Assembly (NCBI RefSeq): GCF_006345805.1
Contig: NC_043000.1
Location: 70,990,001-71,054,000 of the forward strand
DNA: 64,000 nucleotides
Source: Octopus sinensis
Lineage: Eukaryota
Direction of reading: 5' to 3'
Every line of letters begins with the position of its first letter. Positions within the stretch are counted from its first letter, which is position 1. Positions 21,011 through 33,879 of the stretch are shown here, in pieces. The notes below the pieces were generated by a model that made no database searches, had not been told where the DNA came from, and saw nothing but the letters and a program-made list of their open reading frames with translations. Made by a program: the position numbers and the translations under genes.

Positions 21011-23599
21011 TGGAACCCTTTCAAAGGCCTTCTTCTGGTCAATGATTTCTAGATACAGTGTCTTACTCCTAGCAAAGTACTTCTACTGTTGTCTCACTAG
21101 CTATCAGTAGTACTACAAAGCTGAATTGCTATCATCCAGATTAATTCTGCCATTAATCAGTTAAGCTATAATTCTTTCAGTAACTTTCATTAACTGGTCT
21201 ATCAAGATGTTTCTGTTATTTATCATTGCTATGCCTGACTAAATATGTGTGCGACTAGTGCATGACCTACCACACCAACTATTTCCAGCATCACAGCAAC
21301 TGTACTTGATGGTCCAGCTGCATATCCTTAATCACCCTTCATCACTCCATCTATCATACTGACATCAACTTGGATCGTTTGTCTTTCTGATGGGTTTACA
21401 TGGAGTAGGTTCTTTCATTCTCATGCACTCTCTGCCTTCAACAATCTCTTATTTTAGCACTTTCATGCTATTTTCATTTCCACATCAGTAAAAGTATAAG
21501 ATATTGATTAAAGCTATTCAATGTTAAGACATTCAACAGATGAGTAAACTCTTTCTAACCTTGACTTTACACTTTACTAATAACATATCTGCAATTTCAG
21601 GAAGCACTAAGAATCTGCTAATTCATGTTGATGATATCAGTTGTAAATATTGATAGCAACATCAGCACTAAGGTAAACAGAAGCATGATGACTACAATAT
21701 ATTTACCACCACAAAGAAAGAAGTACATGGGCAGTTTTGCCTTTGTAGCATGCTCAGTTGAGTTTAGGATCATACAACCTCCCTATTTTCTAAAAATTAT
21801 TTGAACCCAGAATTTTGGTACCTATGTTTTCAAATATGCTAATTACAAATGCAAAATTATTTCTTTTTAATTGTAATATTTTCAAATGAAAAATTAAAAC
21901 AAAATTTTGGTTGAAAAAAAGCAAAATCCAAAACACATCTTACACAAAACTACAAATTACAGAGAATAAATCTTGACAATATATATTGTAATTATTGATC
22001 GCTTTATCAAATCCACATGTAATCATTTCATGTATATGGTTAATCTTGATCCATCTATGTGTATTCAGAAAGCTTCAGTATTATCTGTGAAATACAAATG
22101 ATAGGTTCTATAAAATGACAAAATCCACAAAATGACAGAAATGATTTACAGTAGGAAAACTAAAATAATCTGTCCAACCAAGACTAGCTAAATTATTTTA
22201 GCAATGAAGATGGTTGAGCTAGTAACAATGTTATCAATAATTGCAGTTTCTGAGATTACTGAAGTACAATTGGGTGCATGTTGAAGTCATTCTTTTTTTT
22301 AATGGAGTTGTCATAAAATCAAAAATTGTTTTATGATCTTGTAAAATGAATTTTGCTTTGAAAATAATGCTTTCATCAGTTTTCATCTTATGATTAGGAT
22401 TACATCCTGTCTTATAACATTTTGTGGAATGAATGTCCATGACAGTATTGATATCATTGAACTACTGCTTCAGTACCTATACCATTTCATAGCATAAAAC
22501 AGGTCACTGGGACTTCAACACAAACTCTAATACTATTTGAAGTATGACATTGTCCTTTTAGATTTTTCAAGAAATATGTTGTGCTGAAAAATATACAGAA
22601 ACTGTCTTTTTACACTCTAAGCATCTCCAAACAACACTACCAAGGTATTTTTGAAATTCTTCTTGCAATGAGATTCTTGTAAGCTGTGAGTGTGCGTATG
22701 TATGTTATAACCACACACATACATACACTCACAGCTTACAATTGGTATAAATGTAGTTTGCTTGTAAAAATTGAACATTAATGTTCCCAATATTTCTATC
22801 AATAGAGTTTTTCAGTTGTATTGTTACAAAATAAATAAGACTGTGAAACAATAGATATGGGCTTTCAAAAATTTCTGCAAAAATAACTTCAGAAAAATTT
22901 TTTTGTTGAAAAACTCTGATTCTGAGTTTCTAACACTCAAAACGTAAAAACTTGAAAAAAACATATTTTTAAAAAAGCATAAGCTGTTAGAGATGGAGTG
23001 TGCATAAACCATACCTCCACCAGGTGTTACATGAACAAAAACAGAGATATGAGAAAAATATTTAGTTGTAAAATTGGAAAGACAACTGCCCAATATCTTG
23101 AAGACCAGTACACTGAGTTCTTCAGTGAAATCTGATAAGACAGAGATGTACAAGGCTATCTGAAGATGTGCTAGAACTTTTCAACAATGAACAAGCACTG
23201 GAGTAAAAATGATTGCAGCATCTTTCTCACATGGTGCAGAGTTCCTAAATCTAAGATTGTCATTCCTGATTCATGTCAAGTACACTTGTCTATAATTCTG
23301 CTTGCCTACCTAACATTTCTATTTATTGTCAATGACACTCATCCACAAGTCTTAGTTTTATTCAATTGTTATATAGGAAGTCACCAATGAATATTTCCTT
23401 TTTGTGACAATCATAATATTACATCTCACCATTTGTATCAAATACATGTAAGACTCATGGTTTTAGTTTACAATATTTTCTAGTTTGGAATTATTAAGGG
23501 CAAATAAACTTCGTCAGTTATCACATTCACTAGACTCATTTTGAAAAAATAGGAATGATATAAAAACAAAAGAAGTTTTGTGTATATCTTTGAAATAAT

Positions 23600-23893
23600 T
23601 CAACAATGGAGTGAACACGTGCTGGCAATATGCCGTGCTTGAGAAGACCCATCAAGCCACATGAAATCATAGTTGTGGCAGATACTGGTGTCACGCAACT
23701 GGCACCTGTGTCAGTGGCATGTAAAAGCACTCAATACTCTCATGGAGTGATTGGCATTAGGAAGGGCATCCAGCTGTAGAAACCATGCCAAATAAGACTG
23801 GGGACTGGTGCAGCCAATCAGCCCTGATCAAACTGTCCAACCCATGTCAGCATGGACAACAGACGTTAAATGATGAGGGTGGTGATGATGATG
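23600..23893 (+). mobile_element. RTE-tail repeat
   Basis: CTTGAGAAGACC...GGAAGGGCATCCAGCTGTAGAAA...GACGTTAAATGATG tail, same family as 40900-41080. Confidence 0.7.
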
Positions 23894-24841
23894 AATACTG
23901 AAAGCACAAGTTCCATTGGGCAATTGCCCAGTGGCATCCAAGAGATTGGAAAAGGCCACTTGATCATGCCTCCATGATAAGGATAACGATATAGTTAAAC
24001 GATTTTGGCCAAAATGGAAACGATGGATGCAATCAAGAAACAATTGGAAGTGCGTTGGGACCTGTGGTGTTGGTCAGTATAGGTTAAAAATATTAATATA
24101 CACTAATTTGTCTCCCTGCTATGAACTTTGTTTCATCATAATTCTTCTTAAATACATATTCTAAACACGGCATTTTGCAAAAATACATTTTTGGGATTGT
24201 AGATGACATAATGTTGATGTTTCTAAAAATTTGCAAAAAGTGAAAAATGCTGAAATTATGGAAATTGGTTGTTACAAAGTTGCGACAGGAGAGAGATAAC
24301 CCCCCCCCCAATTTTATTAACGTAATTGTATTCTACAAACTCAAAAACTTTTTCTGTAAATGATATTTAAAAATGCGTATATCAGAAAGTTATGAGGAAA
24401 CGGGCGGGAGTGGGGCACCAATTGAGTTATGCTGTTATTTTAACTGAAAACATTGAAAAAAAAAAAATGCTAAGAAATCCCAGAAAAACATTTCAGTATA
24501 TTTCAAAATGCTATTTCTTCGAAGCCAAGCCATTACGCCTGTCTGTATGAAATTGCAAAATCCCAGAGAATGGTAATATAGCTCATCTCAATGACTGACT
24601 GGAGAAGGTGTTCACACTAGTTCATAAGGGTTTCTTTCCCATAGTGCTTGCAGATTTTCCAGTGGATATATTGCCTATTATTTTTGTAGGGCCATAAGCA
24701 ATAAAGCCCTGATTTCTCGCTTTTATTACAAAATCTGGTGGTAAAGATTGTAATTTGGTGAATGGTAGAGGCAGGGTTATAAATGTGAATCACGTGGTAC
24801 ATGCTATTTAGTGACGACGTCAAGCTGACAAGTTGAAAGCA

Positions 24842-25080
24842 ATGGCGGTGCAGATGGATAAACTGTTCCCTCGTGAATTTATCAGGAATGATGGTATCAC
24901 GCTAACAATTTATCAAGCTGCTGTTGGTGATGTCGGTTGTGTCATCTGGGATGCAGCCATAGTTTTAGCTAAATATCTGGAGTCAATTGATTTCGACAAA
25001 GGAAAGCATTTAAAAATGAAAAAAATTTTAGAGCTGGGTGCAGGTACTGGTTGTCTCGGAATTGTCGCTGCAACGTTTGG
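24842..25080 (+). CDS. VCPKMT: VCPKMT / METTL21D (VCP lysine methyltransferase) coding exon 1
   Basis: ATG at 24842; encodes MAVQMDKLFPREFIRNDGITLTIYQAAVGDVGCVIWDAAIVLAKYLE...KKILELGAGTGCLGIVAATFG, with the VGCVxWDAAIVLxKYLE signature and SAM motif I (LELGxGTG). Donor GG|gttagt at 25081 (phase 2). Later exons were not found. Confidence 0.9.
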
Positions 25081-25959
25081 GTTAGTAGTGTCTGTTTTGA
25101 TAATCCTTCTAAATGTTGTATGTAACTCTTTAAAATCTAGATTGTGCTGTTTTACAAGCTAGTTCCTCGACGGAAGTTATTGTTATGCATTCTATTATCT
25201 CTAGAATTTCTTCAATATAAGAAAATTAGAAAGAATTTTTCGTTTTTTTTTTTTTGGTTTTAAAAAATTGTTGTTTTCATAAGAATGGATTATATATCTC
25301 AACAGATTTTTGCGTTCGTTAATTTGATTTTTTAATAAAACGTAACATTTTGTATTTTCATTGCTGAACGTTTTTTCTTTGTTGTTGTATATATATATAT
25401 TTTAAGATCGTACACCTATTTTTCGCAAGATCTGTTCATTTAAGTTCTAAACCACTTTTTCAAAAAACATTTTCCCAAGACCACAAATTAGGTGGTGGGG
25501 TGATTGATTAAATCAAGTCCAGTACTTAATTTTATCGATCCCATAAGGATGGAAAGCGGAGTTGACTTCAGCAAGATTTGAACTGTCATTTTCCGATCTA
25601 CTATCTTTTTATCAGCAGAACATATTACTTCCTGCATACCCTACCGACTTTGTTTCCTCATAACTTTTAGAAACATGAGTATCTTTTAATGAAATTTTCG
25701 GCACTGTCATGCTTTTAACTGTCAGAAGTGAAAGTCGTCAACTTCGTGTATTTACGTCAGGTTTATACCTTCGTTAATTTACACCGTTAATTTACGTACC
25801 ACCACGCTGTTAAGTTTATAAAACAATTGAAGTTCAGTTTAAAGTTTATAAATAAATACATTTCATTCCATGTTCTGTTTAAACTTTTAAGAAAATTTGA
25901 ATCCCCCCACCTGTAAATCCCCAAATTTCCACTCTTTCTGTAAAATATTTTATTTAATC

Positions 25960-28000
25960 ATGGTATTCAAATACGGACAGTTAGAATCTGCAATTTGTTT
26001 CTGTTTATGATTTCAAAATAATTTTTGAAATCCAAGCTCAGAAAGTTAAATTCTTGCATGCACGCGCCTATTATCGCTTCTGGATCGAAGCACATAATTT
26101 TTTTGTTTTTGGTATTTTCGAAAACGGTTTTGCAGATTTTGCAGGCTATCACAGTATCTTGTCCTACATCTTGATGGCAAATTTGGAGTCCTTAGCACCA
26201 CGCAGTGGCGCCCAGTTCTGGCATTTGTGTAACTCTCGATGCCAAAGTTTGGGACAAGTCCTTCCAGGATCTTCCAGATGTATATTATGGCATATCTTTC
26301 TCGCCTACGCTCCAAGGAATAGAGTTTCAATCTCTTGAGTCTTTCCCAGTAGCTTATATACTGCACAGAGGCTATCTTCTTTGTGTAGCTTCGTTGGATC
26401 GCCTCAAGTTCTGTGATCAACTTGACACTGGATGGTGACCATAGCTGAGAGCAATAGTCAAAGTGGCTTAGGACAAGTGTCCTCCAGAGGACCATCATGG
26501 TTTCTTGTTCTCTTGTTCTAAAGGTTCTAAGAATCCATCCGGCCAGTCGTCTACATTTCATTGCCAATTTAGCAACATGTACATGAAAGGTTGCGTCATC
26601 ACTCATGTAAATACCTAGGTCACGCACTGTTTGTGCCTCTGGGAATGCAATCCCTCCGGGTCCAGTATATTCATTGGGTATTGCATTTAGTTTTGCATGC
26701 TGATAGCATAAAGCTTGAAACTTTTCAGCATTGAACTGCATGCTATTCTTTTCAGCCCACTTGTATATTTTGTCCAGCTCACATTGCAGGCATTTAGTGT
26801 CTTCAGGGTTCTGTATTGCCTGTGAAACTTTTGTATCATCCACATAACTTGTGATCGTGGCTGAGGGCATGTCTGAGAGGGCCATTATGAACAGTAGTGG
26901 TCCCAAAACAGTGCCCTGCAGAACACTGCTCACTATTTGCGTGTTAATGGAAGTGGCCCCATTGGCTACTACCACCTGACTTCTATCCTTCAGAAAGTCA
27001 TGAAGCCATTCTCCCAGTTTTCCAACTATGCCAAGATCACGTAGTTTGTGACATATCATTCCATGATCGACTTTATCAAAGGCCTTTGCAAAGTCGAGAT
27101 ATATCACTTCCGCATTTGAGTGGTTGAGCAGTCATTTCAGCACCCAGTCATAGTGTTGTAGGAGCTGAATTAAGTAGCTCTTTTCTGGTCGGAAACCATG
27201 TTGGGTGTCAGGCAGCAAGTCATTTTCTTCAAGGAAGGTGATTAGTTTCCTTCTGACTATTCGTTCCATGACCTTCCTGATGTGTGAGGTCAGAGAGATA
27301 GGTCTTGGCCTCTGCTCTGCTACCCCCTTTATGAATAGGGCATATTTTACCTTCCTTCAGTTTTCTTGGAAGTTTGCCAGTTGCAAGGAAGCTCTGAAAG
27401 AGGAACTGCAGTGGTCTTGCTAGGACTCTCTTACATACTTTTAGAAGGATTGCCGGGAATCCATCGGGGCCAGTAGCTGAGTTTGTTTTCATTTCATCTA
27501 TAGCCTTTATTACATCATCTTCCTTTATATTGATGTAATCAATCATTGCTGCCTCTGATTTTATATATGCAGTGGTAAAGAAGTCAGTTGGATTGGTGAT
27601 TTGGAAATGCCCAAGGGGTGGAGTGAAAACACTCTTGAATTGCTCATTCAGTATTTCACTTACCCTCATTGGATTTCCTGTGAGTGTGCCATCCTTTTCA
27701 AGGAGTGGCCCTATCCTACAGTGCACCGTAGCTGTTTCTTTGGCATACCTGTAGAAAGCTCTGGGGTTAGATTTTATGTTGTCTACAGCCCAGGCTTCTT
27801 TGTCTGCTCTTTCCTTTTCATGGGAGAGTTGCAGACATTTTTCAATTTGCAACAGTTTTATTTTCAGGCGGGACTTTTCACTGCTTTCAATTTGTTTGTT
27901 TAGGCGATTTGAAATTTTTGTACGCCGTCTCATTAGAATTTTCCTCTCTCTGGGGATTTTGTTCTTGTGTACAGTGGCCTTTCTCTCTGGGACACATTTG
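25960..28000 (-). mobile_element. CR1/L2-group LINE ORF2 fragment (linker plus RT), 5'-truncated
   Basis: ORFs 27229-27933 (SATGPDGFPAILLK, KGGSRAEAK) and 26046-27107 (IYLDFAKAFDKVDHG, QGTVLGPLLF, YVDD, LYSLERRRERY), with frameshifts. Confidence 0.92.
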
Positions 28001-28004
28001 TAGC

Positions 28005-28054
<50 letters not shown>

Positions 28055-28249
28055 CTAGCTGAAGGTGACCTGCTCTACGCGCGGGTAAGAGTGTGGTTGT
28101 TACTTTCTGTTGCTTCCTTTCAGCACGTAAAAAGCACCATCTGAACGTGGCCGATTGCAGCACTGCCTTGATTGGCTTCTGTGCCGGTGGCACGTAAAAA
28201 GCACCAACTGATCAAGGCAGACAGCAAAACACTAACATTTAAAAGGGAC

Positions 28250-28519
28250 AGACGAACTTGCGAGCTGAATAAAAATAATAAAATATTGGAAACCAAAGTT
28301 TGAAGGGATAGAATCTGAGGATAGTAGAGTCACCATGGCTGGCATTTCTTAACGACGGACAGCAACATATTGACAGTTTAACGGCTTGCGTAAAATTTTG
28401 AACTTGATGTAACAGAAAATTCATAAACACCAAGTTTTGAAGTGATTCTTTCTCAAACAGTAGACTCACTATGGCAAGCATTCAAAACTTCTTCATCATG
28501 GACGGCAACACATTGACGA
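28250..28519 (-). mobile_element. Mariner-like transposase N-terminal (HTH) fragment, abutting the piggyBac element
   Basis: The minus frame reads VAVHDEEVLNACHSESTV*ERITSKLGV, resembling mariner HTH regions; it contains stops. Confidence 0.4.
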
Positions 28520-28523
28520 TTAA

Positions 28524-29599
28524 CCCTTTCGTTACCAAACCGCCCAAAGCCGCCCGAAAAAAATTTAGGTTTATGTGACCAAACCGCCCGTATTTACCTA
28601 TTCATATTTAAATGAGAATATCAGAGCAAATCTCTTTAGTACCTTCGTGAAAACACCTGATTATACTTCGTAAACAGTTCATCTACAGTTTTGTACAACG
28701 ATCAAAGTGTAATTTTAATTCCTTGAATTTTGGGAGATTTTTTTCCGAAATTTGTTCCTATTGTGTTTTCAAAATTTGTAATTCTGACAAAAAATAGATA
28801 CGAATTTCATTATATCAAGCAGCGAGTCAGAATTCGAAGGCTTTTCTACTGAAGACCTTGATAAATCTAACTCTATGACTGAAAAAGAAAAGCACGTGGT
28901 ATTTGATAATGAATCTGATGTTTCATTTTCCGAAAGTGGAAACAGTGAATCCGAGAGCTCCGACAGCGATAAAGAAAACGAATTGGCACCTGAATGGAGT
29001 AAAAATTTAAAAACTGTTTCTTTCGGTGATTTTTCTGAAGAAACTGGACCAAGCCACAGACTTTCCCAGAAGAGTAAAGCCTTAAACTATTTCTTTTTAC
29101 TTTTTCGAATGAGCCCATTTGAAATCATTACAGCAGAAACGAACCGTTACGCTAAACGTAAACAAAACGAAAGAAAGGATAGTTTGTTATTTCCCACAAC
29201 CTTAAATGAAATTAAGGCCTATTTTGCCATAAATATTATTATGGGTATCAGAAAGTTACCCAGAATAACAAATTCTATCGTAAAATTTTGTTGTATACCC
29301 AATTGAATATTAGCTAATAACCCATTTTCTATAGCGATGTTTGAACAAAATTTTAATAATTTTATATATTGTTGAATTACCTGTATCTACCTGCAATTAG
29401 AGTCACTTTGTGACAAAATTATACTATAGAATTGGTTGAGGACATTTCATTAAATTATCTTCCAAAAATCACATTAATATATTGATAAATAAAAAAGTTA
29501 TTGTTGTTTAATGAAACCAGACTAAATTTATGATTACGTTAGAAAATAATTGAAACACATAAGGGGTGTATTTTGGTCAGAAATATAGTAACGAAAGGG
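28524..29599 (+). mobile_element. Internally deleted piggyBac element (PGBD4-like)
   Basis: TTAA TSDs at 28520-23 and 29600-03; TIR CCCTTTCGTTAC at both ends. ORF 28875-29306 has an acidic N-terminus, then ALNYFFLLF...ETNRYA...EIKAYFAINIIMGIRKLPRI. Confidence 0.93.
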
Positions 29600-29711
29600 T
29601 TAAGAAAAACCAAAAAATATTTTATTCTTTATAAATGTTGTGTTCAAAATAACATTTTCTTTTAAGAATGTGTATATAACAGAGTATGTGTATATAACTA
29701 CGTGACTTATA

Positions 29712-30108
29712 TCTTTATATATAAGAGTGAAGTTGTGTGTCTGTCTCCTACGATTTAGATTCGTTACTACTCCCACATTTTGCGGTGCAGTGTAACCAAA
29801 ACCGGGTATCTTATAGTCGTGAGTCATATCGAGCCCTTCTGGGTATTAGCGCGCGTCTTCGATGAGTCTACGATTTAAAAAAATTTACCATCATATTTTT
29901 CCATTTTAATGCATTTTTTTCGCATATTATATAAGGGAAGTAACTCTCTAAAAATATCTACAATGTGTCAAAGATTGAAAAAAAAATTTACCTTAATTTT
30001 TTTTCCATTTTTAATGCATTTTTTTCCTATTTTTTTGGCTATAACTCTAAAAATGCTTATATAGTTATTTCCCTTACAAACCCGAGCAACGCCGGGCGAT
30101 ACTGCTAG
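29712..30108 (+). mobile_element. Non-autonomous Helitron
   Basis: A|TC start at 29712; 3' GC hairpin CCCGAGCAACGCCGGG (30081-96) followed by CTAG|T (30105-08). Confidence 0.88.
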
Positions 30109-30481
30109 TCTCTTATTATAAAAGGCAGATTTTATCTGCCTCCCTTTGTCTCTTATAGAAATCTACAATATAGGATTTCTTCAATTACAATTTACCTAGC
30201 ATATTTAAGAGTAGAATGCATCGGGTCTTGCCAGGTCCACTTTTTAAAATTTCAACCCCAATTAAGCAAAATTTAGAGAAAACTCACATTGTGGTGTATA
30301 AGTCAAATGCTTCTCTTAGTGTGGGCTACAGCACACGCAAACGCACACACACAGTGTGCAACGAATAAAGTGAAAGTAATTCACTTTTTGTAGTGAGTGA
30401 CTCTTTCACTCTACATTCCCACTTCCTCTTTACACACATAGACACGCAAATATATAAATAAAATTGTAAGCTAACGTGTGT

Positions 30482-30522
<41 letters not shown>

Positions 30523-30646
30523 TGCGTGTGTGTGTGTGTGTGCGTGAGTGTGACAGGAAAGTTTTTTTGGACGAATATAAGACCTATATCCAAGTAGCAG
30601 AAAGATCGCCCAAAAGTGTATATAGATATTTAAATGTATTTATATA

Positions 30647-31459
30647 CTAGCAGAATTGCCCGGCGTTGCTCGGGGCTGAATTGCTTGAAAGTACTGTTAA
30701 TGATTGCACTGAATTATGATGATTATTCAGGCAAATATTGATATAAGCTTACGGTGGGAGATAAGGACTTAACGATCAAACGTGTGCCATTGCATTGTTT
30801 TGGGGGAACCAAATTTCTGATGAGCATTATAGGGGCACCAACTTTAAGTTTGAGAAAGTGTGGTGGTAGTCCGGGGTGCTCAAAGGAATTGAGTACCTCT
30901 ATTGGATAGTTGATGACGTCCTCTGGGTCAGGAGTTGTATCGATAGACTGATATACATAGACTTCCCCAGGAATGAGTTTTAGCATTTCATCATTAATAT
31001 GGTGAACAGTTTTATTCCTCGGGGCCAGTATAGCCTTTTTGCCAATCCAATCCAATCCATATTCTGATAATTAGCTTGTAGATCTGGGAACACTGCATCT
31101 CTGAGATCAGAAGGCATCTTAACAATGGTACAAATGGAATCGATGGCAATATTACCATTTTCATCCCCTGGTATTTTGCCTTCGCCAAGTGCAAGGAGGG
31201 TGTGAGGAAATGCTGCTGATGTGATATTACGTCGCATATGAGCACACATATTGGTGTGAAGTTTGAGAGTTACTTCCCTTTATTTAAAAAAATAGGCGCA
31301 GGAGTGGCTGTGTGGTAAGTAGCTTGATAACCAACCACATGGCTCCGGGTTCAGTCCCACTGCGTGGCATCTTGGGCAAGTGTCTTCTGCTATAGCTCCG
31401 GGCCGACCAATGCCTTGTGAGTGGATTTGGTAGACGGAAACTGAAAGAAGCCTGTCGTA

Positions 31460-31510
<51 letters not shown>

Positions 31511-31933
31511 ATGCGTATGTGTTTGTCCCCCCTAGCATTGCTTGACAACCGATGCTGGTGTGTTTACGTCCCCGTCACTTAGCGGTTCGGCAAGAGGCCG
31601 ATAGAATAAGTACTGGGCTTACAAAGAATAAGTCCCGGGGTCGATTTGCTCGACTAAAGGCGGTGCTCCAGCATGGCCGCAGTCAAATGACTGAAACAAG
31701 TAAAAGATAAAAAGAAAGATAAAGATAAAAGAAGATTAAAATGGAAAAAAATGATGGTAAATTATTTGTAAAATCATAGACTCATCGTAGACGCGCGCTA
31801 ATACCCAGAAGGGCTCGATATGAATCACGACTATAAGATACCCGGTTTTGGTTAAACTGCATCGCAAAATGTGGGAGTAGTTAGGAATCTAAATCGGAGT
31901 AGACAGACACACAACCTTTCTTTTATATATAAA
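30647..31933 (-). mobile_element. Helitron deletion derivative retaining a Pif1-like helicase fragment, with a SINE inserted at ~31295-31710
   Basis: Minus-strand CTAG end at 30647 with the same hairpin. ORF 30723-31055 (AILAPRNKTVHHIN...LPPHFLKLKVGAPIMLIRNL...CNGTRLIV) is a Helitron helicase. The 5' end is homologous to 29712. Confidence 0.88.
31295..31710 (+). mobile_element. tRNA-derived SINE (OK-like), near full length
   Basis: GGAGTGGCTGTGTGGTAAGTAG...GGTTCAGTCCC head with A/B-box-like motifs, internal (AT)n(GT)n and a conserved 3' tail. A second near-full copy lies at 35205-35620, with partial copies at 1384-1530, 4260-4400 and 48520-48680. Confidence 0.85.
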
Positions 31934-32445
31934 CTAGCAGTATCGCCCGGCGTTGCTCGGGTTTGTAAGGGAAATAACTATATAAGCATTTTTAGAGAGT
32001 TACTTCCCTTATAGATGCCAATTCGGGCTTTCTTAGCCATTTTTGTTTTGGTGTCTTGAAGCCATGAAGTCGTTGTTCTAAAAGAACGCTGGTCTCCTTC
32101 ACAACGCATTACGACGTTGATTTCTTTACACTCCCTTCCCCACAGCTTCACGAGGGAGGGAAGGGGGAGAAGCAAACAGGTGCAGCTGTGAGCGTGGACG
32201 CCAACTCCGCCGCCATCGACACACGATGCATTTTATGCATTAAAATGGAATAAAAAATAATGTTAAATTATTTTTAAAATCGTAGACTCATCGTTGACGC
32301 GCGCTAATAGTCAGACGGGCTCGATATGAATCACGACTATAAGATACCCGAATTTGGTTAAACTGCACCGCAAAATGTGGGAGTAGTTAGGAATCTAAAT
32401 CGAAGGGGACAGACACTCACACAACTAGAGTTTTATATATATAGA
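31934..32445 (-). mobile_element. Non-autonomous Helitron
   Basis: A|TC start at 32445; hairpin plus CTAG end at 31934-31937, directly abutting the next element. Confidence 0.85.
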
Positions 32446-33489
32446 TATTTTCGTCCTAAAAAACTTTGTGCGGAGTGAATGGTTACGTCTATGGAAATAT
32501 ATACACACACATTATACATACATCTGTGTATAGATGAATATATAAATACATTTAAATATCTATATACACTTTTGGGCGATCTTTCTGCTACTTGTATATA
32601 CTTTAGATCTTATATTCGTCCTAAAAAACTTTGTATGGAGTGAAAGGTTACCTCTATGAAAATTACAACACACATTATACATACATCTGTGTATAGATGA
32701 ATATATAAATACATTTAAATATCTATATACACTTTTGGGCGATCTTTCTGCTACTTGGATATAGGTCTTATATTCGTCCTAAAAAACTTTCCTGTCACAC
32801 ACTCACGCACACACACATGCACCCTCACACGCACATGCACACACACACTCACACACACGCACACACACACGTTAGCTTACAATTTTATTTATATATTTGC
32901 GTGTCTGTGTGTAAAGAGGAAGTGGCAGAGTGAAAGAGTCACTCAGTACAGAAAGTGAATTACATTCACCTTATTCGTTGCACACTGTGTGTGTGCGTGT
33001 GCGTGTGGTGTAGGCCACACTAAGAAAAGCATTTGACTTATACACCACAATGTGAGTTTTCTCTAAATTTTGCTTAATTGGGGTTGAAATTTTAAAAACT
33101 GAACCTGGGACGACCCGATGCATTCTACTCTTAAAAATGCTAGGTAAATTGTAATTGAAGAAATCCTATATTGTAGATTTCTATAAGATACAAAGGGAGG
33201 CAGATAAAATCTACCATTTATAATAAGAGATTCATCTATACACAGATGTATGTATAATGTGTGTGTATATATTTCCATAGAGGTAACCTTTCACTCCATA
33301 CAAAGTTTTTTAGGACGAAAATAAGATCTAAAGTTATCTCTAAGTAGCACAAAGATCGCCCAAAAGTGTATATAGATATATAAATGTATTTATATATTCA
33401 TCTATACACACATGTATGTATAATGTGCGTGTATATATTTCCATAGAGGTAACCATTCAATCCATACAAAGTTTTTTAGGAAGAAAATA

Positions 33490-33741
33490 TCTATATATAT
33501 AAAACTGTAGTTGTGTGAGTGTCTGTCCCCTTCGATTTAGATTCCTAACTACTCCCACATTTTGCGGTACAGTTAACCAAATTCGGGTATCTTATAGTCG
33601 TGATTCATATCGAGCCCGTCTGAGTATTAGCGCGCATCTACGATGAGTCTACGATTTTAAAAAATAATTTAACATTATTTTTTATTCCATTTTAATGCAT
33701 AATTTTTCGTGCGTCGATGGCGGCGGATTGGCGTCACGCTC
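33490..33741 (+). mobile_element. Helitron 5' part running into the assembly gap
   Basis: A|TCTATATATATAAAAC start at 33490; near-identical inverted copy of 32189-32445. Confidence 0.8.
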
Positions 33742-33841
33742 NNNNNNNNNNNNNNNNNNNNNNNNNNNNNNNNNNNNNNNNNNNNNNNNNNNNNNNNNNN
33801 NNNNNNNNNNNNNNNNNNNNNNNNNNNNNNNNNNNNNNNNN
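33742..33841. other. Assembly gap (100 N)
   Basis: Exactly 100 N, typical of an unsized scaffolding gap. Confidence 0.99.
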
Positions 33842-33879
33842 TATATACATATATATATACATACATATACATATACATA

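Noticed and set aside
24790-24822. E-box (CACGTG) and CRE-like (GACGTCA) motifs upstream of VCPKMT
   Set aside because: Plausible promoter elements, but short motifs like these cannot be supported from sequence alone.
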